A DNA stretch of 64,000 nucleotides. Origin: an uncultured Bacilli bacterium. GTDB taxonomy: Bacteria > Bacillota_I > Bacilli_A > RF39 > UBA660. Below the pieces are notes generated by a model that saw only the letters and a program-made list of their open reading frames with translations, did not search any database and was not told the origin of the DNA. Location of the stretch: NCBI GenBank assembly GCA_950097225.1, contig CATNCE010000004.1, forward strand, positions 2,493 through 66,492, read 5' to 3'. A program made the position numbers and the translations under genes. Positions 39,445-49,106 of the stretch are shown here, in pieces. Each line of letters starts with the position of its first letter. The stretch's first letter is position 1.

Positions 39445-39960
39445 CTAAGCATTGTATTTTTTTAGCATATCTTGAACTAATGTCGTATATTCATTTTCGG
39501 AAGTATCTTCATCTATTAAACATAATGGCGGATACATAACACACCACCAGTTAACACCACGTTTTTCACCTAGTGATAAAACAATCGAATCGTAGTAACC
39601 AGCATTGTAATCTATTCCTTGATAGTTTTTCTGATCAAAGTAATTTAATCCAATTGATAAGTCGTATTTATCATGAATATTGTTCATAATTAGGTAGTTT
39701 TTAACAAAGTCATCAATATTGTGATAATTACTATTGATAATATTGGTAGCATCTTCCTTAGATTTAGCATCTTTAATAAGATTATATATATAACTACTTA
39801 AGTTTTTACTTAGCTTACTTTTGTTTACTTGATCTTCTAGCGTATTAGAATTAGCAATAACGCGAAAACGAATAGAACTTTCTGGTATTATTATATTAGT
39901 TTCTTTATTATACATTATTATCGTAATAACAATTGCTACTACAATTAATATCTTTTTCAT
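39445..39960 (-). CDS. spoIIR: stage II sporulation protein R
   Basis: Signal anchor, RFRVIANSNTLEDQ and WWCVMYPPLCL signature motifs. Confidence 0.8.
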   Translation of the reverse strand: MKKILIVVAIVITIIMYNKETNIIIPESSIRFRVIANSNTLEDQVNKSKLSKNLSSYIYNLIKDAKSKEDATNIINSNYHNIDDFVKNYLIMNNIHDKYDLSIGLNYFDQKNYQGIDYNAGYYDSIVLSLGEKRGVNWWCVMYPPLCLIDEDTSENEYTTLVQDMLKKYNA

Positions 39961-40007
39961 AAAAAAATTACCCTTTCTACTATATATATGGGGTAACTTT
40001 ATTTTTT

Positions 40008-40748
40008 TTATTCATTTATGATAAATAAATATCTATTTTTGTTAGCTAAGTCTTTTTCTATAGTAATTAGGGCATCAGGAAAATATTGCTTAGCATAGCT
40101 ACTTAGATATTCACCTTGCTTATAACCAATTTCAAAAGCAAGAATACTTTTATTAGCTAAATATGAACTACAAGACTTTATTATATGTTTATAAAAAGCT
40201 AAGCCTGAGTCAGAGGCATATAAAGCTTGTTTTGGTTCGTATTTACACTTAGGATCAATAATCTCATCACTGGCAATATAGGGCGGATTACTAATTATGA
40301 CATCATACTTAATAGATGGATTATAATTAAATATGTCCGCAACAAGAAAATTAATATCGGCTTGATTTTGATTAGCGTTAGACTCTGCCACTTCTAAAGC
40401 TAAGTGGGATATATCTATAGCTGTAAGATCGAGAGTTGCTAATTCTTTTTTTAGGGTAATGGCAATACAGCCTGAACCAGTCCCAATTTCTAAAACTTTG
40501 GCATTAGTTAAATTATACTTTTTAAGATATTCAAGGGTCTTATATACGAGAGTTTCAGTTTCGAAACGGGGAATTAAAACATTATCATTGACATTAATTC
40601 TATATCCATAAAAATCGACGTTACCAATTAAATATTGAACGGGATAATTTTGATTTAATTTATCAATAATGGGATTTAGATCCAGATACTTATTCGTAAG
40701 AAGACGCCAGTCATTATCAGTTAGATAATCAGGTTTAACTATTTTCAA
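40008..40748 (-). CDS. prmC: release-factor glutamine N5-methyltransferase
   Basis: SAM motif LEIGTGSGCIA and NPPY. Overlaps the prfA stop. Confidence 0.9.
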   Translation of the reverse strand: MKIVKPDYLTDNDWRLLTNKYLDLNPIIDKLNQNYPVQYLIGNVDFYGYRINVNDNVLIPRFETETLVYKTLEYLKKYNLTNAKVLEIGTGSGCIAITLKKELATLDLTAIDISHLALEVAESNANQNQADINFLVADIFNYNPSIKYDVIISNPPYIASDEIIDPKCKYEPKQALYASDSGLAFYKHIIKSCSSYLANKSILAFEIGYKQGEYLSSYAKQYFPDALITIEKDLANKNRYLFIINE

Positions 40749-41790
40749 GTTTAATCCTTTGATCTTCAGTTATTAGTGCTTCAATGATGGCATCCATCTC
40801 CCCATCAATTACTTTATCAAGATTCATGACACTAAAACCAATTCGATGGTCGGTTACACGATTTTGAGGGTAATTGTAGGTACGGATTTTTTCCGCACGG
40901 TCACCAGTACCAATTTTATTACGACGTTCATTTCCTAAAGCTTCTTCTTTTTCACGTAATTTTAGGTCATATAAACGTGTTTTCATAATTTTTAAAGCTA
41001 TTTCTTTATTTTTTATTTGAGAACGCTCAGTTTGGCTATAGACAATAATTCCAGTAGGAATATGAGTTAATCGTACAGCTGAGTCAGTAGTATTTACTCC
41101 CTGTCCGCCACAGCCAGATGAACGAGTAATATCAATTCTTATTTCATTCATATCTAGTTCAAAGTCAATATCTTCTGCTTCAGGCATTACGGCAACAGTT
41201 GCCGTTGATGTTTGAATACGCCCTTGAGATTCTGTTTCTGGAACTCTTTGAACACGATGGGAGCCACTTTCAAATTTTAATTTTGAATAGACATTTTCTC
41301 CCTTTATAGAAAACTCAACTTGGGAAAATCCTCCAGCAGTTCCTTCAACTTCATTAATAACTTCAATTTTCCATCCTTGTTTTTCAGCGTAGCGAGTATA
41401 CATGCGGTATAAATCCCCAGCAAATATGTTTGCCTCATCTCCGCCAGCTGCCCCACGAATTTCCATAATTATATTTTTGCCATCATTTTCATCTTTTGGA
41501 ATTAACTCGATTTCAATTTCGTGAATTAAATTAGGTAAACGTTCTTGTTTCTCAGCTAGTTCTAAAGATGCCATTTCTCCCATGTCTGGGTCATTTATTA
41601 GTTCTTTTAATTCTTCAATTTCAGAAGTTAGCTTTTTATACTCTTCATATTTAGCAACTGTACTTTCAAGTTCAGATTTTTCCTTGGAAAGTTTAGTCAT
41701 TTTAGTATAGTCATTTAAAACTTCTGGATTTACTAATTCACTTTCTAATTCCTTATAACGATTATTTATTATTTCTAATCTCTCTATCAT
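40735..41790 (-). CDS. prfA: peptide chain release factor 1
   Basis: GGQ motif (SGCGGQGVNTTDSAVR) and RF1-type tripeptide region (RVPETESQGRIQTS). Confidence 0.95.
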   Translation of the reverse strand: MIERLEIINNRYKELESELVNPEVLNDYTKMTKLSKEKSELESTVAKYEEYKKLTSEIEELKELINDPDMGEMASLELAEKQERLPNLIHEIEIELIPKDENDGKNIIMEIRGAAGGDEANIFAGDLYRMYTRYAEKQGWKIEVINEVEGTAGGFSQVEFSIKGENVYSKLKFESGSHRVQRVPETESQGRIQTSTATVAVMPEAEDIDFELDMNEIRIDITRSSGCGGQGVNTTDSAVRLTHIPTGIIVYSQTERSQIKNKEIALKIMKTRLYDLKLREKEEALGNERRNKIGTGDRAEKIRTYNYPQNRVTDHRIGFSVMNLDKVIDGEMDAIIEALITEDQRIKLENS

Positions 41791-41826
41791 ATTATACCTC
41801 TTCTCTTTTTAAATTAAGAAGAATAT

Positions 41827-42270
41827 CTACATCATATCTTGCTCTTCTGAGTCGTCCATAATTACTAATTCTTTTAAATCATCATCGTCATCGTCATCAT
41901 CTACTGTATCATCATCATAGTTTATCTCATCCTCTTCATCATCAGAATCGGTAATAATTTCTTCGTCTTCAACAACTATTTCCTCTTCTTCCTCTTCTTC
42001 ATCTTCAATAACTACTTTTGTAGAGTGATTCTCTTTTAAATCCCAGAAGCCTTTTTCTAACATAATGAATCTCTTATCAGTTGATAAAAGGCCAAAAAAG
42101 TCCCCTATTTTGCTTTCAAAATAACTTTCAGGTAAGCCCATTATCTTGATAACTTCTTGGAACATATTTTGTATGGTCATTTTCTTTCCATATTCTTTTA
42201 AGACTAAATTAGCAATATCAGCGTGTGACATACTCTCTAATTCTTCTTGAGATAATTTTATTGATTTCAT
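41827..42270 (-). CDS. rpoE: RNA polymerase delta subunit
   Basis: N-terminal HARE-HTH (DIANLVLKEYGKKMTIQNMFQEV...FWDLKENH) and a poly-Asp/Glu tail. The ATG follows AGGAGG. Confidence 0.85.
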   Translation of the reverse strand: MKSIKLSQEELESMSHADIANLVLKEYGKKMTIQNMFQEVIKIMGLPESYFESKIGDFFGLLSTDKRFIMLEKGFWDLKENHSTKVVIEDEEEEEEEIVVEDEEIITDSDDEEDEINYDDDTVDDDDDDDDLKELVIMDDSEEQDMM

Positions 42271-42396
42271 ATAATACCTCCTAATCACAAAAACATTATA
42301 TGTATGTAATCAAAAAAATGTCATTGTTACTTAAAACAATACTAATTTTATCATATAATTATCCGTTGTCAACAGAAACTTTACATCAGTGTAAAA

Positions 42397-42741
42397 TTAC
42401 CATTTAATTGCGATCTTTATATGATTCATATTATCATCAGTTTCATAGGTACTATATTCAAATTCAATTGAATTGTTCCCTTTTAAAACATTTATATTAT
42501 CGATAAACATGTCGAAATTATACCCCTCTTTTCTTAAAAGGATGTTAATGACTTTTAAAGTGGGATCTATGAAAATAATTGTATCATTATTTTTTTTTAA
42601 TAAGGTGGTTTTATTTATATCATATTCATATAGAGTATTGTCTATTTTAAACTTTATCATATTGTTAGTGATAAAGTATGATGTAACTGATTCTATTTCG
42701 ACTTTTTTATTGCATATTAAGGTAAATTTAAGTTTTTTCAT
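42397..42741 (-). CDS. hypothetical small beta-rich protein (possibly DUF1934-like)
   Basis: About 114-aa ORF preceded by GGTGAT. No motif recognised with certainty. Confidence 0.4.
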   Translation of the reverse strand: MKKLKFTLICNKKVEIESVTSYFITNNMIKFKIDNTLYEYDINKTTLLKKNNDTIIFIDPTLKVINILLRKEGYNFDMFIDNINVLKGNNSIEFEYSTYETDDNMNHIKIAIKW

Positions 42742-42794
42742 GGGATCACCATGCATATTTTATCATAAATTAGAAAATTTGCACCAATATATAA

Positions 42795-44720
42795 ATGGTG
42801 GTTGACTTGAAAAAGATAAAGTTTCTCTTTAAATTGGGAATATTTTTAGGAATTATAGGTTTTATATCCTTAATTGGAATTTATGTTTATGCTTATTTTA
42901 CAGAACCTATTTCTTTGAATCTCGCAAATTCATACTATATATATGATAATAAAGATAATGTTATTTATCAGGGATCAAATAATTCTGAATGGGTACCATT
43001 ATCGGAAATTGATGAAAAAATGGTTGATTACATAGTAAATGTGGAAGATAGACATTTTTATAAACATAAGGGATTTGATATTCTGCGTATCCTTAAAAGC
43101 TTTTATTTGAATTTTAAAGCGGGAAAAATTGTCGGTGGAGCATCGTCTATCTCTCAGCAATATGTAAAAAATCTCTTCTTAGAGTTTGATCAGACTTGGG
43201 CACGAAAAATAGAGGAAGCTTTTCTGACGATTAGATTAGAAACGCATTATTCTAAGAAAGAAATACTAGAAGGATACTTAAACACGATTTATTTTGGGCA
43301 AGGAATATATGGAATTAAAGATGCAGCTCAATATTACTTTAATAAAGATATTAGTGATATTACGATGGAAGAAGCTATTATGTTATCAGGAATTCCAAAG
43401 AGTCCAAACTATTATAATCCTGTTAGCAATAAAGAGGCTGCCTATAAACGTTTTAAGGTTGTTGCTACATATTTAAAAGAAAGAGAAATAATTAGCGAAG
43501 AAGAATATAATAATTTAGATTTTGAAAATATGAATATTCATGGTAAACATCAAAATAATAATTTGGATACATTAATGTATTATCAAGATGCGGTTATTGC
43601 CGAGTTAAAGAATTTGAGTGGAATACCTAAAAGCTTAATAGATGATGGAGGCCTTAGAATATTTACTAATTTAGATATTGATACGCAAACGGTTATGGAA
43701 GAGAGCATAAAAAAGCATGCTTTAGAAGACGACAATCAACTTGCTAGTATTGTTGTTAATCCCAATACGGGAGGGGTTTTAGCGCTTGCAGGAGGAAAAA
43801 ATTATGCAGTTAGTCAATATAATCGTGCAACGCAAGCCAAACGCCATGTTGGTTCAATTATAAAACCTTTCTTGTATTATGCAGCACTAAATAATGGAAT
43901 GACGGAAGCATCGACTTTTAAATCAGAACAGACATCGTTTGTATTTGGGGAAAATAAAACTTATAATCCAACGAATTATGGTAATACTTATGGCAATAAA
44001 GATATTACAATGGGCACAGCTCTTGCCTATTCAGATAATATATATGCCGTTAAAACTCATTTGTTTTTAGGCGAAAATACACTTGTTGATACTTTAAAAA
44101 CGTGTGGTTTGAAGGAGGATGTTATGGCTGTTCCTTCACTAGCATTAGGAGCAAAAGAAATCAATATGCTCGATTTTGCAACAGCTTATAATACGCTTGC
44201 GACTGGTGGTATCAAAAGAGATGCATTCTTTATACGTCGAGTTGAAGATATTAATGGCAATATTATCTATGAGAAGAAAATCGATGATAAATATGTTTTA
44301 GATCAATCTATTACCTATATTTTAAATGAAATGATGACAAATACTTATAATTATAACTATGTAGATTATTATTCACCAACAGTATTATATTTAAATGGCA
44401 AATTAAGTAAAAAGTATGCACTTAAGAGTGGAACTACAGACAATGATTATTGGCTAGTTGGTTATAATAAAGAGGCTTTGATGATGGTATGGGCTGGGAA
44501 TGATGTTAATAAGGATGTTCCTAAAACTTACTCTAATATTATAAAAAATATTTGGTTAGACACTATTGAAAAGTATGAGGAAGACATGGAAGATGTTTGG
44601 TACCAAAAACCAGAAAATGTCGTAGCAGTTCCGATGGATCCAGTTACTGGGGCATATAATCCTAAATCGAAAACTTTATTTTATTTTTTAAATGGAACGG
44701 AACTTGCCTATATTAATTAA
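42795..44720 (+). CDS. class A penicillin-binding protein (GT51 glycosyltransferase + transpeptidase)
   Basis: GT51 motifs EDRHFYKHKGFD and GASSISQQYVKN. Transpeptidase SxxK (GSIIKPF) and KSGTT. N-terminal TM. Confidence 0.9.
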   Translation: MVVDLKKIKFLFKLGIFLGIIGFISLIGIYVYAYFTEPISLNLANSYYIYDNKDNVIYQGSNNSEWVPLSEIDEKMVDYIVNVEDRHFYKHKGFDILRILKSFYLNFKAGKIVGGASSISQQYVKNLFLEFDQTWARKIEEAFLTIRLETHYSKKEILEGYLNTIYFGQGIYGIKDAAQYYFNKDISDITMEEAIMLSGIPKSPNYYNPVSNKEAAYKRFKVVATYLKEREIISEEEYNNLDFENMNIHGKHQNNNLDTLMYYQDAVIAELKNLSGIPKSLIDDGGLRIFTNLDIDTQTVMEESIKKHALEDDNQLASIVVNPNTGGVLALAGGKNYAVSQYNRATQAKRHVGSIIKPFLYYAALNNGMTEASTFKSEQTSFVFGENKTYNPTNYGNTYGNKDITMGTALAYSDNIYAVKTHLFLGENTLVDTLKTCGLKEDVMAVPSLALGAKEINMLDFATAYNTLATGGIKRDAFFIRRVEDINGNIIYEKKIDDKYVLDQSITYILNEMMTNTYNYNYVDYYSPTVLYLNGKLSKKYALKSGTTDNDYWLVGYNKEALMMVWAGNDVNKDVPKTYSNIIKNIWLDTIEKYEEDMEDVWYQKPENVVAVPMDPVTGAYNPKSKTLFYFLNGTELAYIN

Positions 44721-44775
44721 AAATTTGCTACTATTTTTGCACTTACTTTGATATACTTATAGTGGAAAGGAAGTA

Positions 44776-45348
44776 GTGAGTGTGGAAGAATCTGTTTTTG
44801 CGGGAATGGCATTGTTCTTGATAATATTCTTTTTGATATTCGGACTAATTGCAATTGTAGCTAGTATTTTCTGTTTAATTGGAAACTATAAGTTTTATGA
44901 AAAGATGGGTGTCCCTGGTTGGAAAGCAATTATCCCTTTTTATAATCAATGGGTATTAGTGGAAATGGCTGGCTTAGATCCATATTGGTTCGTATTATTA
45001 ATTGCGCCTGTTGTTTTATCAATATTAAGTGCAATTTTACCATTTATCGGACTATTATCATGGGTTGGATCTTTAGCAATGATTTTAGCTAATATAAGCA
45101 TTTATACTAATATTAGTAAGATGTTACATAAGGATACCGGCTGGATAATCTGTGGAGTGATATTCGGGCCAGTTATGTTAGCTATTGCTGGCTTTAGTAA
45201 TAAAACAGAAATTGATAAGTCAATGACTTTTGATAAGAATGGTTTATTTGCTAGCATGGGCAATAAACAAGCTAATTCGAATACTAATACAGTTAATACT
45301 GACAATCAAAATTCAGAAGACACAAACAAAAAAGAAGAAGACAATTAG
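44776..45348 (+). CDS. membrane protein (DUF5684-like)
   Basis: Several TM helices and the GWKAIIPFYNQWVLVEMAG motif. Family assignment is from memory. Confidence 0.5.
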   Translation: MSVEESVFAGMALFLIIFFLIFGLIAIVASIFCLIGNYKFYEKMGVPGWKAIIPFYNQWVLVEMAGLDPYWFVLLIAPVVLSILSAILPFIGLLSWVGSLAMILANISIYTNISKMLHKDTGWIICGVIFGPVMLAIAGFSNKTEIDKSMTFDKNGLFASMGNKQANSNTNTVNTDNQNSEDTNKKEEDN

Positions 45349-46428
45349 TTATTTGTCTTCTTTTTCTTCGGGAATACGAACGATAAATTGATAAAATGGA
45401 TCAAAGTCAAATTCCTCTACTTCAAGAGCAACTTGATTTTTTTTAGCGTTAGCAATGATTTTTTTGATTCCTTCGATAACATCTTGACGAGTTTGATATT
45501 CAGGTTCTTTATAAACTTTCTCTTCAATTTCTTGAATAGTTTCAATTTCATCTGGTTCCTCTTCGTCATCTAATTCTAATAATTCATAGTCTCTTTCAAC
45601 CGAATCGGAAGCATTAATAGGCGTTTTAAAGGGATTAAATCCAAGGGATGGGTTCATATTAACAGATTCATTTTCTAGATTGTTGAAGAAAAGAGAATCT
45701 TTTTTCTTTTCTCTTGGAACTTCATTATTATAAACATCGGTCTTAGGGGTATAAGAATTAGCTAGAATATCAACGGAATTGCTGACTAAGCCGTCGATAT
45801 CAATATCCCCATTTTTTTGAAATACGCCTTGAATGATATCAATTTCATTGTCCAGTCTTCTTACGGGCCATTTTTCAGTAATTATTTTTTGAAGTAACTC
45901 GACTTGCTTACCTTTGTCATTTACTCTTAAAAGGCTTCTGGCGTGTCTTTCGCTGATTTTATCATGCAAAACAGCGTCTTGAACTGGCTCTGCTAAAGTT
46001 AAAAGACGAATTTTGTTGGCAACACTGGATTGACTAGTACCTAATCTTTTAGCAAGTTGTTCTTGTGTTACATAGTTTCGATCGAGCAATTTCTTATATG
46101 ATTTAGCTTCTTCGATAGCTGATAGGTTGCGACGATGCGTATTTTCAATTATGGCTACTTCGGCTGATTCATTGTCATCGAGTTCAGCAATAATGGCTGG
46201 AACACTTGTTAAACCCGCCAAGGAAGCAGCTTTAAAACGACGCTCTCCGGCGATTATTTCAAACTTATCTCCTGCTCTTCTAAGTACAAGAGGCTGAATT
46301 ATTCCATGCTCTTTTATTGATGCTGCTAGTTCGTCTAAGGCTTCTTTATCAAATTGAAGTCTTGGTTGAAAGCGATTAGGAATAATACTATCAATATTAA
46401 TTAATCTTATTTGTGCTTCCATTTTCAT
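45349..46428 (-). CDS. ParB/Spo0J/Noc-family protein with Noc-like HTH and C-terminus and a long acidic insertion
   Basis: ParB N-domain (IPNRFQPR, GIIQPLVLRR, IIAGERRFKAA), HTH (VTQEQLAKRLGTSQSSVANKIRLL), ISERHARSLL, and C-terminal EVEEFDFDPFYQFIVRIPEE. Directly downstream of rsmG. No parA/soj adjacent. Confidence 0.85.
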   Translation of the reverse strand: MKMEAQIRLINIDSIIPNRFQPRLQFDKEALDELAASIKEHGIIQPLVLRRAGDKFEIIAGERRFKAASLAGLTSVPAIIAELDDNESAEVAIIENTHRRNLSAIEEAKSYKKLLDRNYVTQEQLAKRLGTSQSSVANKIRLLTLAEPVQDAVLHDKISERHARSLLRVNDKGKQVELLQKIITEKWPVRRLDNEIDIIQGVFQKNGDIDIDGLVSNSVDILANSYTPKTDVYNNEVPREKKKDSLFFNNLENESVNMNPSLGFNPFKTPINASDSVERDYELLELDDEEEPDEIETIQEIEEKVYKEPEYQTRQDVIEGIKKIIANAKKNQVALEVEEFDFDPFYQFIVRIPEEKEDK

Positions 46429-46473
46429 GAAATATTTCTCCCCTTTTTATTTTTATCCTATATTTATATTACT

Positions 46474-47190
46474 TTATTTTAGGTATTTTTTCAATGACTT
46501 TTTAATTTTATCATATGAACGGGGATATCCACTTGGGGTTTTAGCGTCTTTTTTTATTTTAAGTATGTTGCGCATCGATTCCTCTTTAGGTAAGGAAAAA
46601 CACTCAATTTTATCAATTTGGCCATGCATTGTGGCTAGGATATCTTTTGATATATTAAGTTCATCTTCAATGTTGCCTTTTAAAGGAATAAAGTAGCCCT
46701 CTACTTTTACTAAAGGCAAGCATAGCTCAATTAATACTGGCAAGGCAGCTACAGCACGAGAGGTTACAACATCGAATAATTCTGAGTGTTTATGAGCATA
46801 AATCTCACTGCGCTCGTTGATAGCTTCAACATTCTCCAAATTTAATTTAGCTATTAAACTATTTAAAAATGTTACTTTCTTATTATTAGAGTCGATTAGT
46901 GTTACGGATAGATGGGGAAAGACAATTTTTAAAACCAAACCAGGAAATCCAGCACCAGAGCCAACATCGGCCAAAGTATTAACACTATTTAAATCTATTA
47001 CTTTAGCAATAGTTAATGAATCATAAAAATGTTTTAAGTAAATAAGTTTTATATCGGTAATAGCAGTTAAATTAGTGTGTTGGTTGTATTCTATTAAATA
47101 TTTGGCATAAATTTCCAAGTTATTTAGCATAGTATCAGTTAGAGATATTCCTAATTCTTTGACGCTATTTATAAATTCTTCAGGCTTCAT
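46474..47190 (-). CDS. rsmG: 16S rRNA m7G527 methyltransferase RsmG (GidB)
   Basis: DVGSGAGFPGLVLKI SAM motif. Conserved position after mnmG. Confidence 0.92.
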   Translation of the reverse strand: MKPEEFINSVKELGISLTDTMLNNLEIYAKYLIEYNQHTNLTAITDIKLIYLKHFYDSLTIAKVIDLNSVNTLADVGSGAGFPGLVLKIVFPHLSVTLIDSNNKKVTFLNSLIAKLNLENVEAINERSEIYAHKHSELFDVVTSRAVAALPVLIELCLPLVKVEGYFIPLKGNIEDELNISKDILATMHGQIDKIECFSLPKEESMRNILKIKKDAKTPSGYPRSYDKIKKSLKKYLK

Positions 47191-49052
47191 TTTTTTCCAT
47201 CCTTACTATAATATTTTTTCAAATAAATCGTTAAAATAGATATATCAGCGGGATTAACGCCACTTATTCTCGTCGCCTGAGCAATGGTTTTTGGACGAAC
47301 ACTTTGAAGTTTTTGACGAGCTTCACTTGCTAGATTTTGTACTTTTTCGTAATCAATGTCTTCAGGTATTTGTTTACTTTCTAATTTTAACATTTTTTCT
47401 ACTTCGCGATTAGTTTTGGCAATATATCCCTCATATTTAATGGCTATTTCAACTATTTCGTATATATCTTTTGGATATTCTTTTTTAAGATATTGGATTA
47501 GATAATGTATTTTTATTTCTGGACGCTTTAGTAATTCTAAACAACTTATTCCAAAATTTAAATTTGGAATTACAGATTTAATTTCATCGTTGATATCTTG
47601 CGGATGTATTTTAGTATTTTTTAAATCTTCAGTAAGACATTCAATATTTTTTCTTTTTGTAAGCAGTCTTTCGTGTTGCTCTTCACTTATTAATCCGATT
47701 TTATAGCCATATTCACGGAGACGCAAATCGGCATTGTCATGACGCAAAATCAAACGATATTCAGCACGAGATGTCAAAAGACGATAAGGTTCTTTTGTTC
47801 CTTTAGTAACTAAATCATCAATTAAAACGCCGATATAAGCTTCATTTCTTTTTAAGATTAAAGGATCTTTTCCTTTTAATTTTAAGCCAGCATTTATTCC
47901 AGCAATTAAACCTTGGCAAGCCGCTTCTTCATATCCGCTTGTTCCATTTATTTGACCAGCAGTGTATAAATTGGCAACTATTTTGGATTCTAGCGAGGCA
48001 TTCATCTGCAAGGGATTTATTGCATCATATTCAATTGCATATGCGTATTTTAAGATTTTCGCATTTTCAAGTCCTTCAAGAGAATGCACCATTTGTTCTT
48101 GAACGTCGATTGGCATGGAAGTAGAAAATCCTTGAAGATATAAATCTGGATAAAACGCACTTTCTGGTTCTAAGAATAACTGGTGACGCTCTTTATCGGC
48201 AAAGCGCACAACTTTATCTTCAATAGATGGACAATAACGAGGACCAATTCCTTCAGCATATCCTCCATACATAGCCGATTTTGTTAAGTTATTGCGAATA
48301 ATTTCATGAGTTTTGGCATTGGTATAAACTAAATAGCATTTGTGTTGCTTGGCCACATCATAAGTTGGCTCTAAATCAAAGGAAAAAGTCCATGGTGTTT
48401 CGTCCCCCTTTTCTTCTTGTAGACGCGAATAATCGATAGTTTTTGGATCTAGACGTTGAGGAGTTCCTGTTTTTAAACGCTGTAACTCAAAACCAAGAGA
48501 TGCTAATCTATCGGATAAGTGTTTGGCGGAAGTTTCTCCATGTGGTCCTTCGTTCTTGCTAGTATCCCCTATTAGTATTTTGCTTTTTAGGTATGTTCCT
48601 GTCGTTAAAATTAGGGCATCACATATGTAAGTTTTTTCATCTGATGTTATTACGCCTTTAATAGTAGCAGAATCAACTATTAAGTCCTCTACTAGGGCCT
48701 CTATGATGTCCAAATTACTTAATTTATTTAATTCCGCCAGCATGTTTTCTGGATATTTTATTTTGTCACCTTGAGCTCGCAAAGATTTTACGGCAGGACC
48801 CTTTCCTGAATTAAGCATCTTAATTTGCAGATGCGAAATATCTGCTACACGTCCCATTAATCCACCTAAGGCATCAATTTCTCTTACTACGATACCCTTA
48901 GCTGTTCCTCCAATTGACGGATTACATGGCATATCGGCAATATTTTTTATATTAGCAGTAATTAGTGCCGTTTTTAGTCCTTGTTTGGAAGAAGCATAGG
49001 CGGCTTCGCATCCTGCATGTCCTGCTCCAACGACTATAATATCGTATTTCAT
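47187..49052 (-). CDS. mnmG: tRNA uridine 5-carboxymethylaminomethyl modification enzyme MnmG (GidA)
   Basis: FAD motif YDIIVVGAGHAGCEAA and full-length GidA-like sequence. Confidence 0.95.
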   Translation of the reverse strand: MKYDIIVVGAGHAGCEAAYASSKQGLKTALITANIKNIADMPCNPSIGGTAKGIVVREIDALGGLMGRVADISHLQIKMLNSGKGPAVKSLRAQGDKIKYPENMLAELNKLSNLDIIEALVEDLIVDSATIKGVITSDEKTYICDALILTTGTYLKSKILIGDTSKNEGPHGETSAKHLSDRLASLGFELQRLKTGTPQRLDPKTIDYSRLQEEKGDETPWTFSFDLEPTYDVAKQHKCYLVYTNAKTHEIIRNNLTKSAMYGGYAEGIGPRYCPSIEDKVVRFADKERHQLFLEPESAFYPDLYLQGFSTSMPIDVQEQMVHSLEGLENAKILKYAYAIEYDAINPLQMNASLESKIVANLYTAGQINGTSGYEEAACQGLIAGINAGLKLKGKDPLILKRNEAYIGVLIDDLVTKGTKEPYRLLTSRAEYRLILRHDNADLRLREYGYKIGLISEEQHERLLTKRKNIECLTEDLKNTKIHPQDINDEIKSVIPNLNFGISCLELLKRPEIKIHYLIQYLKKEYPKDIYEIVEIAIKYEGYIAKTNREVEKMLKLESKQIPEDIDYEKVQNLASEARQKLQSVRPKTIAQATRISGVNPADISILTIYLKKYYSKDGKK

Positions 49053-49106
49053 CTATTTCACATCCTTTTAAATATCAAGGTTTTACCAGTAAACAAAAAG
49101 ACTATT

